A stretch of 64,000 nt of DNA. Origin: Nitrospirota bacterium (GTDB taxonomy: Bacteria; Nitrospirota; UBA9217). The position numbers and the translations under genes were made by a program. The stretch spans positions 32,001-96,000 of the forward strand of contig CAVVOB010000032.1 in the NCBI GenBank assembly GCA_963749655.1. Direction: 5' to 3'. Every line of letters starts with the position of its first letter. Positions within the stretch are counted from its first letter, which is position 1. The notes under the pieces were generated by a model that saw only the letters and a list, made by a program, of their open reading frames with translations, ran no database searches and was not told the DNA's origin. This document shows positions 40,088 through 49,086 of this stretch, in pieces.

Positions 40088-40900
40088 TTAGAACGTGTGT
40101 TTCCCGATGTTCACACGGCTTATCACAAAGAAACTGACCATGACAAAGATGAACCCGACGATTGAGAGGACCGCCATCTTCCTTCCTCTCCAGCCGATGG
40201 TGCGGAGATGGAGCAGGACGAGATAGATGACCCAGGTGATGAGTGACCATGTTTCCTTGGGATCCCAGCTCCAGTAAGTCCCCCATGCGCTGTTCGCCCA
40301 GATGGAGCCTGTGATCATGCCAAGCGTGAACAGAGGCCAGCCAAGCGTGAGTGCTTTGTATCCGAGCGTGTCCATGACGTCGAGTGACGGCAAGCGGTGA
40401 AAGATGGCCCCCAGATGCTTTGATTTGAGCTGCCGCTCCTGGATCAGGTACATGATGGAAACGATGCAGGCGAAGGCAAATGCCGCGTCGCCGAGCACCG
40501 CCAGGCTCGTGTGGACGCCGAGCCAACCGCTTTTCAGGATCGGATTCAGCTCCTTGATATCACTGGACAGAAGCAGCACCGGCACCATGAACGCGAATAC
40601 CAGCGGCAGCATGAACGAACCGAGGGCCGCAATCTTGAAGCGGAATTCCATAACAAGAAACACGAGCACCATGCCCATCCCGAGAAAATTGATCGCTTCG
40701 AAAAAGCTGGTAATCGGAATCCTGCCCGATTCGGCCCATCGAAGACCAAAGTATGCGACATGGCAGAGAAAGCCCGTAACAGTCACCCATAGAGAAGCAG
40801 TGCCGGTCCATTTTTTATCAGGTTTGAAGATGTAGAGGATATATCCTGAGGTCGCGAGCAGATATGCGCCTGTTGCAGCCTGAAAAAAGAAAAGATTCAT
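40088..40900 (-). CDS. ccsA: Cytochrome c assembly protein, CcsA/ResC family
   Basis: Multiple transmembrane helices, WWD motif WANSAWGTYWSWDPKETW and conserved His residues. Confidence 0.9.
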   Translation of the reverse strand: MNLFFFQAATGAYLLATSGYILYIFKPDKKWTGTASLWVTVTGFLCHVAYFGLRWAESGRIPITSFFEAINFLGMGMVLVFLVMEFRFKIAALGSFMLPLVFAFMVPVLLLSSDIKELNPILKSGWLGVHTSLAVLGDAAFAFACIVSIMYLIQERQLKSKHLGAIFHRLPSLDVMDTLGYKALTLGWPLFTLGMITGSIWANSAWGTYWSWDPKETWSLITWVIYLVLLHLRTIGWRGRKMAVLSIVGFIFVMVSFFVISRVNIGKHTF

Positions 40901-41061
40901 ACAATACAATCCCCGTGAACGATTTATTGCCTGAGAACGATTTTTTGCTGTCTATACGGAGCGTTTGTTTCCGGATCGGCTCCCGGTGAGACTGGCGGCC
41001 TCGTCCGTCACGTCGGGAGCTCTCTCGCGGCATGACATGTTGAATATGCAGATTGCGGGAA

Positions 41062-41091
41062 ATATTACTTTCTAACACCCTGCAAAGTCAA
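41062..41091 (-). promoter_or_regulatory. Putative sigma70 promoter of the ccsA-hem operon
   Basis: TTGACT-N18-TAATAT on the minus strand. Confidence 0.5.
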
Positions 41092-41161
41092 GGAAAAAAC
41101 TTTTCTGGAGAGCGCTTCTGTCAGACTTTGGTAAAGATTCCGCTGTTTTACTGAGGTCGAA

Positions 41162-41849
41162 TCAATCATTTGGAGAGACTAGTTTGCCCTCCGCCATCCG
41201 CAATACCCGATCCGCCCTCATCGCCAGCTTATCGTTGTGTGTCACGATAATAAAGGTGATTCCCTTTTGCTTGTTTATGGACATGAGAAGATCATGGACC
41301 GCCTCTCCGGTATGACTATCGAGGTTGCCCGTAGGTTCATCAGCCAGGACGACGTCCGGGCCGAGCATCAGCGCCCGCGCCACGGCAACGCGCTGCTGTT
41401 CCCCGCCTGAAAGCTCCCCGGGCCGGTGATGGATCCGGCCCTCCAGCCCCACCTCCCCCAGCATCACGGTTGCCTTTTCCGCGGCCGTCGTACGGTCGAT
41501 CTTCCTGATCAGCGCAGGCATCATCACATTTTCCAGCGCCGAGAACTCGGGCAGAAGATGGTGAAACTGAAACACGAATCCCACATGCACGTTGCGGAAA
41601 CCGGGCGATCTGGCTCGGATTCAGAGCGAATACATCCACATCCCCGAACATTACCGCGCCGGACGTGGGACGATCCAGCGCCCCGAGGATATGCAGAAGC
41701 GTGCTCTTTCCTACGCCCGATGCTCCCACGATCGCCAGCACCTCCCCTTTCCTGATTTCGAGGGTTATGCCGTCGAGGACATGGAGCGCCTGGGGACCGC
41801 TCATAAAGGTCTTCCGGAGGTCCCTGGTATGGATAAGTGTCTGTGTTAT
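41162..41849 (-). CDS. lolD: Lipoprotein-releasing ABC transporter ATP-binding protein LolD, with an extra base at 41596-41600 and an uncertain start
   Basis: [12 protein letters not shown] in one frame; [28 protein letters not shown] and ADEPTGNLD in the next. Confidence 0.9.
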
Positions 41850-42097
41850 TTCTTTTCTCCCGGCTTTTCGCCTTCCTTCAAAGCTTTGCCTACGTTCTCC
41901 GCCTTCTTTTCCAGGATGGTGGCCTTCTGCTCTATGCCTTTCTTGAGTTCCTCCGCCTGCTGGCCGGCGCCCTCAATCTGTTTTCCCGCAGACTTAAGCA
42001 GTTTGTCGCCGCCCAGGACAATGAAAACAACAGCCAGCAAGACCAGCAGCAATAACACCAGGATAAACTTCTTTGCCTTCCCACCTTTTTGCGCCAT
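41846..42097 (-). CDS. Small single-pass membrane protein with an amphipathic helical tail (83 aa)
   Basis: Strong ribosome-binding site AAGGAGG, then MAQKGGKAKK, a hydrophobic stretch and a Lys/Glu-rich helix. It is hidden at the end of the chimeric ORF 41846..43420. Confidence 0.75.
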   Translation of the reverse strand: MAQKGGKAKKFILVLLLLVLLAVVFIVLGGDKLLKSAGKQIEGAGQQAEELKKGIEQKATILEKKAENVGKALKEGEKPGEKK

Positions 42098-42183
42098 ATC
42101 CGCCTCCTTCGTGCAGTAAAGATTCATGATCCAGGACGCATGATAATGCAGCCTAATTCGTGTTTCATGCATTCTGCGTCGCT

Positions 42184-43420
42184 TTATTCGTATCGCAATA
42201 TTTCCACGGGGTCCTGTTTTGCAGCCTGCCACGACGGATAGAGCGTGGCCAGAAAGCTGATGCCGAGCGCAGTCAGGGAGATGGCCAGGACGTCGAGCCC
42301 TGAAATATACAGCGGCAGATGACTCACCTGATAAACGTCCTTCGGCAGTGATACGATGTCGGTCTTCGTCAGGACGATCACGCGCGCCGTAACCGATAAT
42401 GACGCCCAGAACCGTTCCTATGAAGCCGATCGCAAGGCCCGCGAACATGAAGATCGATATAACGCTTTTCGATGACGAACCCATGGACTTCAGGATCGCA
42501 ATCTCCCTGCTTTTTTCCATGACGATCATGGTCAAGGTTCCAATAATGTTGAACGAGGCAACGATGATGATGACCACCAGAATAAGCGACATACCGACCT
42601 TTTCGAGGAACAAGGCGGAAAAAAAGTTCTTATTCATCTCCATCCAGTTGCGCGTATAGTAGGGATAGCCGATGGCCGTCTGGATGGCCGATGAAATGCG
42701 ATCGGCGTTGTAGATCTCGTCGATGCGGACCTGCACGCCGCTGATGCGGCCCGGCATATCGAAAAACTGCTGTGCAGCGGCAATCGAAACGTAGACAAAG
42801 CCGATGTTATAATCGTACATCCCGGCGTCAAAGAACCCGATGACCTCGAACTTCTTCATCTTCGGGACAATGCCCATGGCTGTTTCTTCGCCGAGTGGAT
42901 TTACCATGGTCACCGGCTCGCCGATCGACACTCCCAGCTTTCTTGCCAGGTCCTCGCCGATAATAATGCCCGGTAGGCCGGTCTTGGTGTCCTGCAACTG
43001 CCCGAGCGACCCCGTTGTCATGTTCTTCGCGAGGTCGGTAACCGACGCCTCGGTTCGGGGATCGATGCCCCGGACGATTACCCCCTGCATGCGGTCCCGC
43101 GACGTCAACATGGACTGGGCATAAATGAACGGAGTCGTGGCGACAACATGGGGGACGGCCTGCACTTTTTCCTGAAGGGTTTTCTGGTCTTTTACGCCGT
43201 TCCCGCTCATTTCAAGAACATTAACGTGAGGCATGGCGGACAAAATCTTATCGCGAAAGTAGTCCTGGAAACCGGTCATGACCGACAGGGTGATGATCGA
43301 GGTCGCAACGCCGATTACCACCCCGGCGATGGAGATGAAGGTATTGAGCGATATTGTCCCGTAGCGCTTCTTGGTTTTCAGATAGCGGAGACTGATGAAT
43401 ATTTCGTAGGGGGTTTGCAT
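42184..43420 (-). CDS. lolC: Lipoprotein-releasing ABC transporter permease LolC/E, with an extra base near 42383
   Basis: ISLRYL...SVMTGF and MIVMEKSREIAILKSMG; the C-terminus LATLYPSWQAAKQDPVEILRYE is in the shifted frame. Confidence 0.9.
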
Positions 43421-43430
43421 AAGTTGGTTA

Positions 43431-43502
43431 TCTCAAGTCTCACGCTAAAAGTCTCAGGAACAAAGCCAATTTCACCTGAGACTCGAGACATGAATCTTGA
43501 GA
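43431..43502. repeat. Inverted array of 4+4 heptamers between lysS and lolC
   Basis: TCTCAAG TCTCACG CTAAAAG TCTCAGG, a 16-nt spacer, then CCTGAGA CTCGAGA CATGAAT CTTGAGA. Confidence 0.8.
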
Positions 43503-43507
43503 CTTTT

Positions 43508-44986
43508 CTACTTTTCTTTTTTCATCTGCGGGAACAGGATCACGTCCCTGATGGAGCTGGACCCGGTGAGCAGCATGACGAGACGATCTATTCCGATACC
43601 CTCGCCGGCCGCGGGAGGCATGCCGTATTCAAGGGCGCGAACGAAATCCTCGTCCATCTGATGCGCTTCCTCGTCCCCGGCCTCGCGCTCGGACACTTGC
43701 TTCAGGAACCGCTCCTTCTGGTCAAGGGGATCGTTCAGCTCGGAAAACGCATTGGCCAACTCCCTGCCGACGACGAACAGTTCGAAGCGTTCCACACTGG
43801 ACGGGTCGTCGTCGCGTCTCTTCGAGAGCGGGGAAATGTCCGTTGGGTAATCAGTAACGAACGTTGGCTGGATCAGGTTAGGCTCCACGAGAGCCTCGAA
43901 GATCTCGTTGTGCACTTTGCCCAGGGATTCCCCGCCTTTCAGGGATGCGCCGATCTTCCGCGCGTGCTCCCGTGCCTTGTCAATATCCGTAAAAACTTCC
44001 GCAGGTACTCCTGCCTCCCGGAGCGCGTCCCGGTACGTGATGCGCTTCCACGGCGGCGCGAGACTGATTTTTTTGCCTTCGTACTCTATTTCGGTCGTTC
44101 CGAGTACCTCCCTGGCCACCGAGCTGATCATTTCCTCGGTCATGGAGATGAGGTCCTGGTAGTCAGCATAGGCGGTATAAAACTCCAACATGGTGAATTC
44201 AGGGTTGTGGCGGGTGGAGATGCCTTCGTTCCGGAAATTCCTGTTGATCTCATAGACCCGTTCAAATCCGCCGACCAGAAGACGTTTGAGATAAAGTTCG
44301 GGGGCAATGCGCAGGAACAGATCCATGTTGAGCGCATTATGGTGAGTCTTGAACGGCCGAGCTGTGGCGCCTCCGGGAATCGTCTGCATCATCGGTGTTT
44401 CGACCTCGAGGTATTCGCGGACGTTCAGGAATGCGCGGATCGCCTGAATAATCCTGGTCCGGAGGATGAAAACATTCTTTACCTCGGGGTTTACAATGAG
44501 ATCGACGTATCGCTGCCGGTAGCGGATCTCGACGTCGGTAAGGCCGTGCCACTTTTCCGGCAAAGGGCGAAGAGACTTGGAAAGAAGCTGAAAATCCTCA
44601 ACCTCGACGGTGAGTTCGTTAGTCCTGGTGCGGAAGAGGAATCCCTTGCCGCCGACGAAATCTCCGATATCGAGCTTTTTGAACAGGCTGTACTTGTCTT
44701 CTCCGAGGGTATTCTTCTGAAAATAGAGCTGGATCCTGCCGGATCCGTCCTGAACATGGCAGAAACAGGCCTTGCCGAAACTCCTCATGGCAACGATCCT
44801 GCCGGCGATCGTTACCTCCTTTCGTTCCTTTTCAAGGTCCTCTTTGGCGGCCTGTCCGTAAGCCTCCGTCAGCTGTTGCGCGGTATGACTTACGTTAAAT
44901 TTGCCTGCATAAGGCCTGATCCCGCTGGCGCTGATCTCTGCCAATTTTTTCAACCGCTGCTGGATCAGCTCATTATAATCTTCCAT
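43508..44986 (-). CDS. lysS: Lysine--tRNA ligase (class II)
   Basis: Motifs RYRQRYVDL, LRIAPELYLKRL, FRNEGISTRHNPEF and GEGIGIDRL. Confidence 0.98.
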   Translation of the reverse strand: MEDYNELIQQRLKKLAEISASGIRPYAGKFNVSHTAQQLTEAYGQAAKEDLEKERKEVTIAGRIVAMRSFGKACFCHVQDGSGRIQLYFQKNTLGEDKYSLFKKLDIGDFVGGKGFLFRTRTNELTVEVEDFQLLSKSLRPLPEKWHGLTDVEIRYRQRYVDLIVNPEVKNVFILRTRIIQAIRAFLNVREYLEVETPMMQTIPGGATARPFKTHHNALNMDLFLRIAPELYLKRLLVGGFERVYEINRNFRNEGISTRHNPEFTMLEFYTAYADYQDLISMTEEMISSVAREVLGTTEIEYEGKKISLAPPWKRITYRDALREAGVPAEVFTDIDKAREHARKIGASLKGGESLGKVHNEIFEALVEPNLIQPTFVTDYPTDISPLSKRRDDDPSSVERFELFVVGRELANAFSELNDPLDQKERFLKQVSEREAGDEEAHQMDEDFVRALEYGMPPAAGEGIGIDRLVMLLTGSSSIRDVILFPQMKKEK

Positions 44987-45042
44987 CAAACAAAATCCTT
45001 TTCAATTGTCCGATTATTTTACCGATAAAACGGTATCTGCGG

Positions 45043-45071
45043 ATTATACTTATTCATTGAGAGACCGTCAA
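45043..45071 (-). promoter_or_regulatory. Sigma70 promoter of lysS-lolC-lolD
   Basis: TTGACG-N17-TATAAT, close to consensus. Confidence 0.75.
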
Positions 45072-45080
45072 GGAGAAACA

Positions 45081-45965
45081 CTAGCCAGCCAGCATCTTGA
45101 GCACTTCCAGGTATTTTTCGCTCGTCTTGCGGATGACATCGTCAGGCAGGATCGGCGCCGGCGGCTTCTGGTTCCAATTCAGTGAAAGCAGATAGTCCCG
45201 GACGAACTGTTTGTCGAAGCTTTTCTGAGATACGCCGACCTGGTAACCGTTCCTGGGCCAAAACCGCGAAGAGTCGGGCGTAAGCACCTCGTCGATGAGG
45301 ATCACTTCATCACGAAAGATGCCGAACTCAAGCTTGGTATCGGCAATGATGATACCCTTTGGTTCCGCGAGTTCGCAGGCTCTTTTATACACAGCCAGGG
45401 CATACTTCCGGACCTGTTCGGCGACCGTCTTGCCGACCAGTCCAATAACAGTGTCGAAGTCTATGTTTACATCATGCTCTCCTACCTCGGCCTTGGTCGA
45501 AGGTGTAAAAATCGGCTCTGGAAGCCGCGACGCCTCTGTCAGGCCTGCGGGAAGCGCAATTCCGCTGACGGAACCCGCTGTTTTGTATTCCTTTAAACCC
45601 GATCCCGTGAGATAACCGCGGACAATGCATTCGATGGGAAGAGGCCTGGATTTTTTCACCAACATGCTTCTCCCTTCGAGCACGGCGGCGTAGGGGCGGC
45701 ATTCCGGAGGATATTTCGCCGTATCGGTCGTGAGCAAATGGTTCGGTACGATGTCTGCGGTCTTCGCAAACCAGTATTTCGATATTTGGGTGAGGACCCT
45801 GCCTTTTTCCGGGACCGCGTTCGGGAGCACCACGTCGAAGGCCGAAATCCTGTCCGTGGCGACAATGAGCAACGAGTCTCCCAGATCGTAGATGTCCCTC
45901 ACTTTTCCCCGCTTCGGCGGTTTCAGCCCATCAAAATTGGTTTCAAGTACCTGTGGTGTCGTCAT
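45081..45965 (-). CDS. purC: SAICAR synthase
   Basis: Motifs GKVRDIY, TDRISAFD, ADTKLEFG and DEVLTPDSSRFW. Confidence 0.97.
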   Translation of the reverse strand: MTTPQVLETNFDGLKPPKRGKVRDIYDLGDSLLIVATDRISAFDVVLPNAVPEKGRVLTQISKYWFAKTADIVPNHLLTTDTAKYPPECRPYAAVLEGRSMLVKKSRPLPIECIVRGYLTGSGLKEYKTAGSVSGIALPAGLTEASRLPEPIFTPSTKAEVGEHDVNIDFDTVIGLVGKTVAEQVRKYALAVYKRACELAEPKGIIIADTKLEFGIFRDEVILIDEVLTPDSSRFWPRNGYQVGVSQKSFDKQFVRDYLLSLNWNQKPPAPILPDDVIRKTSEKYLEVLKMLAG

Positions 45966-47277
45966 CTTCGCCTCTTTCATGATTTTCCGGGGCGTATTTC
46001 AGCACCCGGATGCGGGAAATACGGTTCCGTCGCAGCCGGAGCACCGTGAACAGCAGGTTTTCGTGCCGGATCTGGTCGCCTTCAGACGGAAGCCTGCCGA
46101 AAAGGCCCAGCACAAAGCCGCCGATCGTCTCGAATTCATCTTCGGGGAGCTGCACGCCCAATTTTGCATTCACTTTTCCGATGTCGGTTCTTCCGTCAAT
46201 GACGTACCGGTTCGCCGCAATCTCGTCGATCTCCTTGAGTTCTTTTTCCTGTTCGTCACGGATGTCTCCGACGATCTCCTCGATCAGGTCCTCCATAGTC
46301 ACGAGACCGTCGGTGCCGCCGTACTCGTCGCCGACAAGGGCGAGGTGAATGCGTTTTTCGCGCATTTCCTTCAGGAGCAAGCTCACGTTCTTGTTCGGCG
46401 GAACGACATATGGCTTTCTCAGTACGCCTTCGATCTGGAACGGCTGGTTGCCCATGTGCAGGGCCAGTATGTCCTTGAGATAAACGACGCCGATGATGTT
46501 ATCGATGGATCGGGAGTACACCGGCAACCGAGAAAACCCCTTTTCATTCATCGTGCGAAGTATCGCATCGACGTCGCTCCCTGCCTCGACAGCGGCGATC
46601 TCCGTGCGCGGAACCATGACCTCTCGCACAACGGTGTCCGTGAACCGGAATACGCTGTGAATCAGGTCTTCTTCCGACGGCTCGAATATTCCGCTCTTGC
46701 GGCCTTCCCGGATCAGATATTTTACTTCGTCCTCTGATACAAGGGATGCTTCCTGTCCCGCAGGCATGCCGAAAAACCGCAGAACGCAGTTATTGGACGC
46801 TGTAAGCATCCGCAGCACTACCGTAAAGAGCCTGGACAAAAAATCGATAGGCACCGACGTCGCGAACGCAATCCGTTCAGAGTACCGTATCGCCAGCGAC
46901 TTCGGCACCAGTTCTCCCGCAACCAGGGTGACGAAGGTAATGACTGAAACTACAATACCCATTGCAAAAGGCTCGGCTGCTCTGTTGATAAAATCAACCG
47001 GCGCGCTCCGCAACAAAGGTTTGATTTTCTCGACAGCGATCGCGCCGCCGATAGCCGAGGCCAGAGTCCCTACGAGGGTCACGCCGATCTGGACCGTCGC
47101 AAGAAACCGTTCGGGCTCCTCTTGCAATCGCTGCACCTTTCGTGCGAGTGGATGACCAGCTTTAACGAGATGACGGACGCGGCTTTTCCGGAGCGAAATC
47201 AGGGATATCTCAGACGCTGAAAAAAAACCGTTCAGAATAATGAGCGACGAGATGATCAGAATGTCAAATAGCCACAT
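45943..47277 (-). CDS. Hemolysin/CNNM-family protein (DUF21-CBS-CorC)
   Basis: Motifs NGFFSASE, GELVPKSLA, VMVPRTE, GFSRLPVY, DEYGGTDGLVTMEDLIEEIVG and TIGGFV. Confidence 0.93.
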   Translation of the reverse strand: MWLFDILIISSLIILNGFFSASEISLISLRKSRVRHLVKAGHPLARKVQRLQEEPERFLATVQIGVTLVGTLASAIGGAIAVEKIKPLLRSAPVDFINRAAEPFAMGIVVSVITFVTLVAGELVPKSLAIRYSERIAFATSVPIDFLSRLFTVVLRMLTASNNCVLRFFGMPAGQEASLVSEDEVKYLIREGRKSGIFEPSEEDLIHSVFRFTDTVVREVMVPRTEIAAVEAGSDVDAILRTMNEKGFSRLPVYSRSIDNIIGVVYLKDILALHMGNQPFQIEGVLRKPYVVPPNKNVSLLLKEMREKRIHLALVGDEYGGTDGLVTMEDLIEEIVGDIRDEQEKELKEIDEIAANRYVIDGRTDIGKVNAKLGVQLPEDEFETIGGFVLGLFGRLPSEGDQIRHENLLFTVLRLRRNRISRIRVLKYAPENHERGEDDDTTGT

Positions 47278-47456
47278 AGGTGGTATATCCAGAAATTGCC
47301 AAGGTCAGAGTCCTGCCGGACTGGACAGACCTGGACCTCTGCTCAGACTCTTGGTGCGCATGAGGTTGTTCCCCGTTGAGCCCGTACGCCATAAAAGGTG
47401 ATCGGGGATAGTATTCGACGATTTCCGGCGGGGTTGACGCTGCTGATTGGACTGCT

Positions 47457-48926
47457 TTATAGTCCGTACTCCCTCCAGCGTTCGTCAACTTTCTGCTGAA
47501 TCCGAAGATCCATGCGGATTTCGTCGGGCCAGGGTCGGTTGAATCCCTCCCCCGGCCCCTTGCGGGTTGCATCAATGCCCATCTTACCGCCGAAACCGAT
47601 TTGCGGGCAGGAGTGGTCCAGGATGTCAAGCGGTCCGTCCATGATGACGAGGTCTCGTTGAGGATCAACGTGGTTCATGACCTTCCAAGTGACCTCGGAA
47701 TAGTCATGAATATTCACATCTTCATCGCAGACGATCACAAATTTGGAAAGCATGAGCATGCCCGTTCCCCAGATCGTATTGATGACTTTTTTTCCGTGTC
47801 CTGCATAGCGTTTCCGTATTTTGACGATTACGTTGTTATGGAACACACCTTCAACAGGCATATCCATATCCAGGATATCCGGTGCTACCATCTGGAGGAG
47901 GGGTAGAAATATCCTCTCCGTGGCCTTGCCGAGGTATGCGTCCTCCTGTGGAGGGCGGCCTACGAGCGTCGCAGGATAAATTGCGTCTTTCCGGTGAGTA
48001 ATTGCCGTGATGTGAAAGACAGGATACTGATCCGCTTCCGAGTAATATCCCGTATGGTCGCCAAAAGGGCCTTCGAGCCTGCGTTCGCCGGGATCAACGA
48101 ATCCTTCAAGAACGAATTCAGCCTCCGCAGGAACCCGTACGTCGATGGTTTTGCATTGAACAACTTCGAGGGATTTTTTTCGCAGGAACCCTGCAAAAAC
48201 GTATTCCCCGATTGCCGGCGGAAGTGGCGCCGTAGATGCATAAATGATTGACGGATCTCCGCCGATGGCTACCGCGACTTCCATGCGTTTGCCCGCTGCC
48301 TCGTAGTGCTGATAGTGCCGAGCTCCGTCCTTGTGTTTGTGCCAATGCATGCCCGTTGTCTGATGATCAAAGACCTGCATCCGATACATGCCTACATTCG
48401 TGATCTTGGTGGCGGGATCAACAGTACAGACCATCGGAAGGGTGATGAACCGTCCTCCGTCTGCAGGCCAGCATTTTAGAACCGGCAGTTTGGAAAGATC
48501 CGCCTCGTGTCCGGTCCAGACGACTTCCTGACAGGGAGCCCTTTTAATCGTCTTGGGGAAAAAACCTGCAAGCTCGGATAGTTTGGGCAGCATTTGAAGC
48601 TTGTCCATGAGGCCTGCACCGGGCCCGGGGAAAAGGTTTGTCGGATCGACGACATCCCTGATTTGTCTGCCTATCTCGTCGAGGTCCTGCACCTCGAGTG
48701 CGGAACACATGCGCTTCATGGACCCAAAGGTGTTGGTCAATACCGGGAATGCAGATCCTTTCACGCGCTCGAAAAAAAGCGCCTTGTTCGCCGTCCCTTT
48801 TTCTTTGGATACACGGTCGGTAATTTCCGCGATCTCCAATTCGGCGTCCACCTCTGCCTTGATCCGTACCAGTTCGCCCTGCTTGTCGAGAAGCTCGATG
48901 AAATCCCTGAGAGAATCGTATGCCAT
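47457..48926 (-). CDS. ubiD: UbiD-family decarboxylase (menaquinone biosynthesis type)
   Basis: Motifs DGGRFIT, NVGMYRMQ, EGPFGDHTGYY, GRPPQED and KMGIDAT. Confidence 0.92.
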   Translation of the reverse strand: MAYDSLRDFIELLDKQGELVRIKAEVDAELEIAEITDRVSKEKGTANKALFFERVKGSAFPVLTNTFGSMKRMCSALEVQDLDEIGRQIRDVVDPTNLFPGPGAGLMDKLQMLPKLSELAGFFPKTIKRAPCQEVVWTGHEADLSKLPVLKCWPADGGRFITLPMVCTVDPATKITNVGMYRMQVFDHQTTGMHWHKHKDGARHYQHYEAAGKRMEVAVAIGGDPSIIYASTAPLPPAIGEYVFAGFLRKKSLEVVQCKTIDVRVPAEAEFVLEGFVDPGERRLEGPFGDHTGYYSEADQYPVFHITAITHRKDAIYPATLVGRPPQEDAYLGKATERIFLPLLQMVAPDILDMDMPVEGVFHNNVIVKIRKRYAGHGKKVINTIWGTGMLMLSKFVIVCDEDVNIHDYSEVTWKVMNHVDPQRDLVIMDGPLDILDHSCPQIGFGGKMGIDATRKGPGEGFNRPWPDEIRMDLRIQQKVDERWREYGL

Positions 48927-49045
48927 AAGAGTTGAGTTCCGCAGCAAACGCTCGTGTCGCGGTAATCTGCGGAAAGCGTCCGACTACGGTAAAAAATTCA
49001 CCTTAAGATTCTAAAATGCCCGAGACTGTGATTCGGGAAGTGTAA

Positions 49046-49074
49046 ATTGTAGCGGAATTGCTGATGATTTGCAA
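49046..49074 (-). promoter_or_regulatory. Putative sigma70 promoter of ubiD
   Basis: TTGCAA-N17-TACAAT on the minus strand. Confidence 0.6.
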
Positions 49075-49086
49075 TGAAAAAAGGTT

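Noticed and set aside
41846-43420. Apparent 524-aa LolC fusion with an extra C-terminal domain
   Set aside because: It is a chimera produced by the frameshift near 42383. The true LolC end is in another frame and the small downstream gene has its own ribosome-binding site.
29358-43502. Short repeat arrays read as CRISPR
   Set aside because: The units are 6-10 bp with no unique spacers, and the window has no cas genes.
43148-45028. Long plus-strand ORFs (626 aa here; also 25397..26881, 2712..3845 and 10326..11303)
   Set aside because: They are antisense shadows of lysS, infB, gnnB and bamA, as expected in GC-rich coding DNA, and contain no recognisable motifs.
47280-47456. Possible metal riboswitch or leader peptide before the CNNM gene
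   Set aside because: There are only short generic stems (AGTCC/GGACT, AGGTC/GACCT) and no riboswitch consensus I can recognise; an Rfam scan would settle it.
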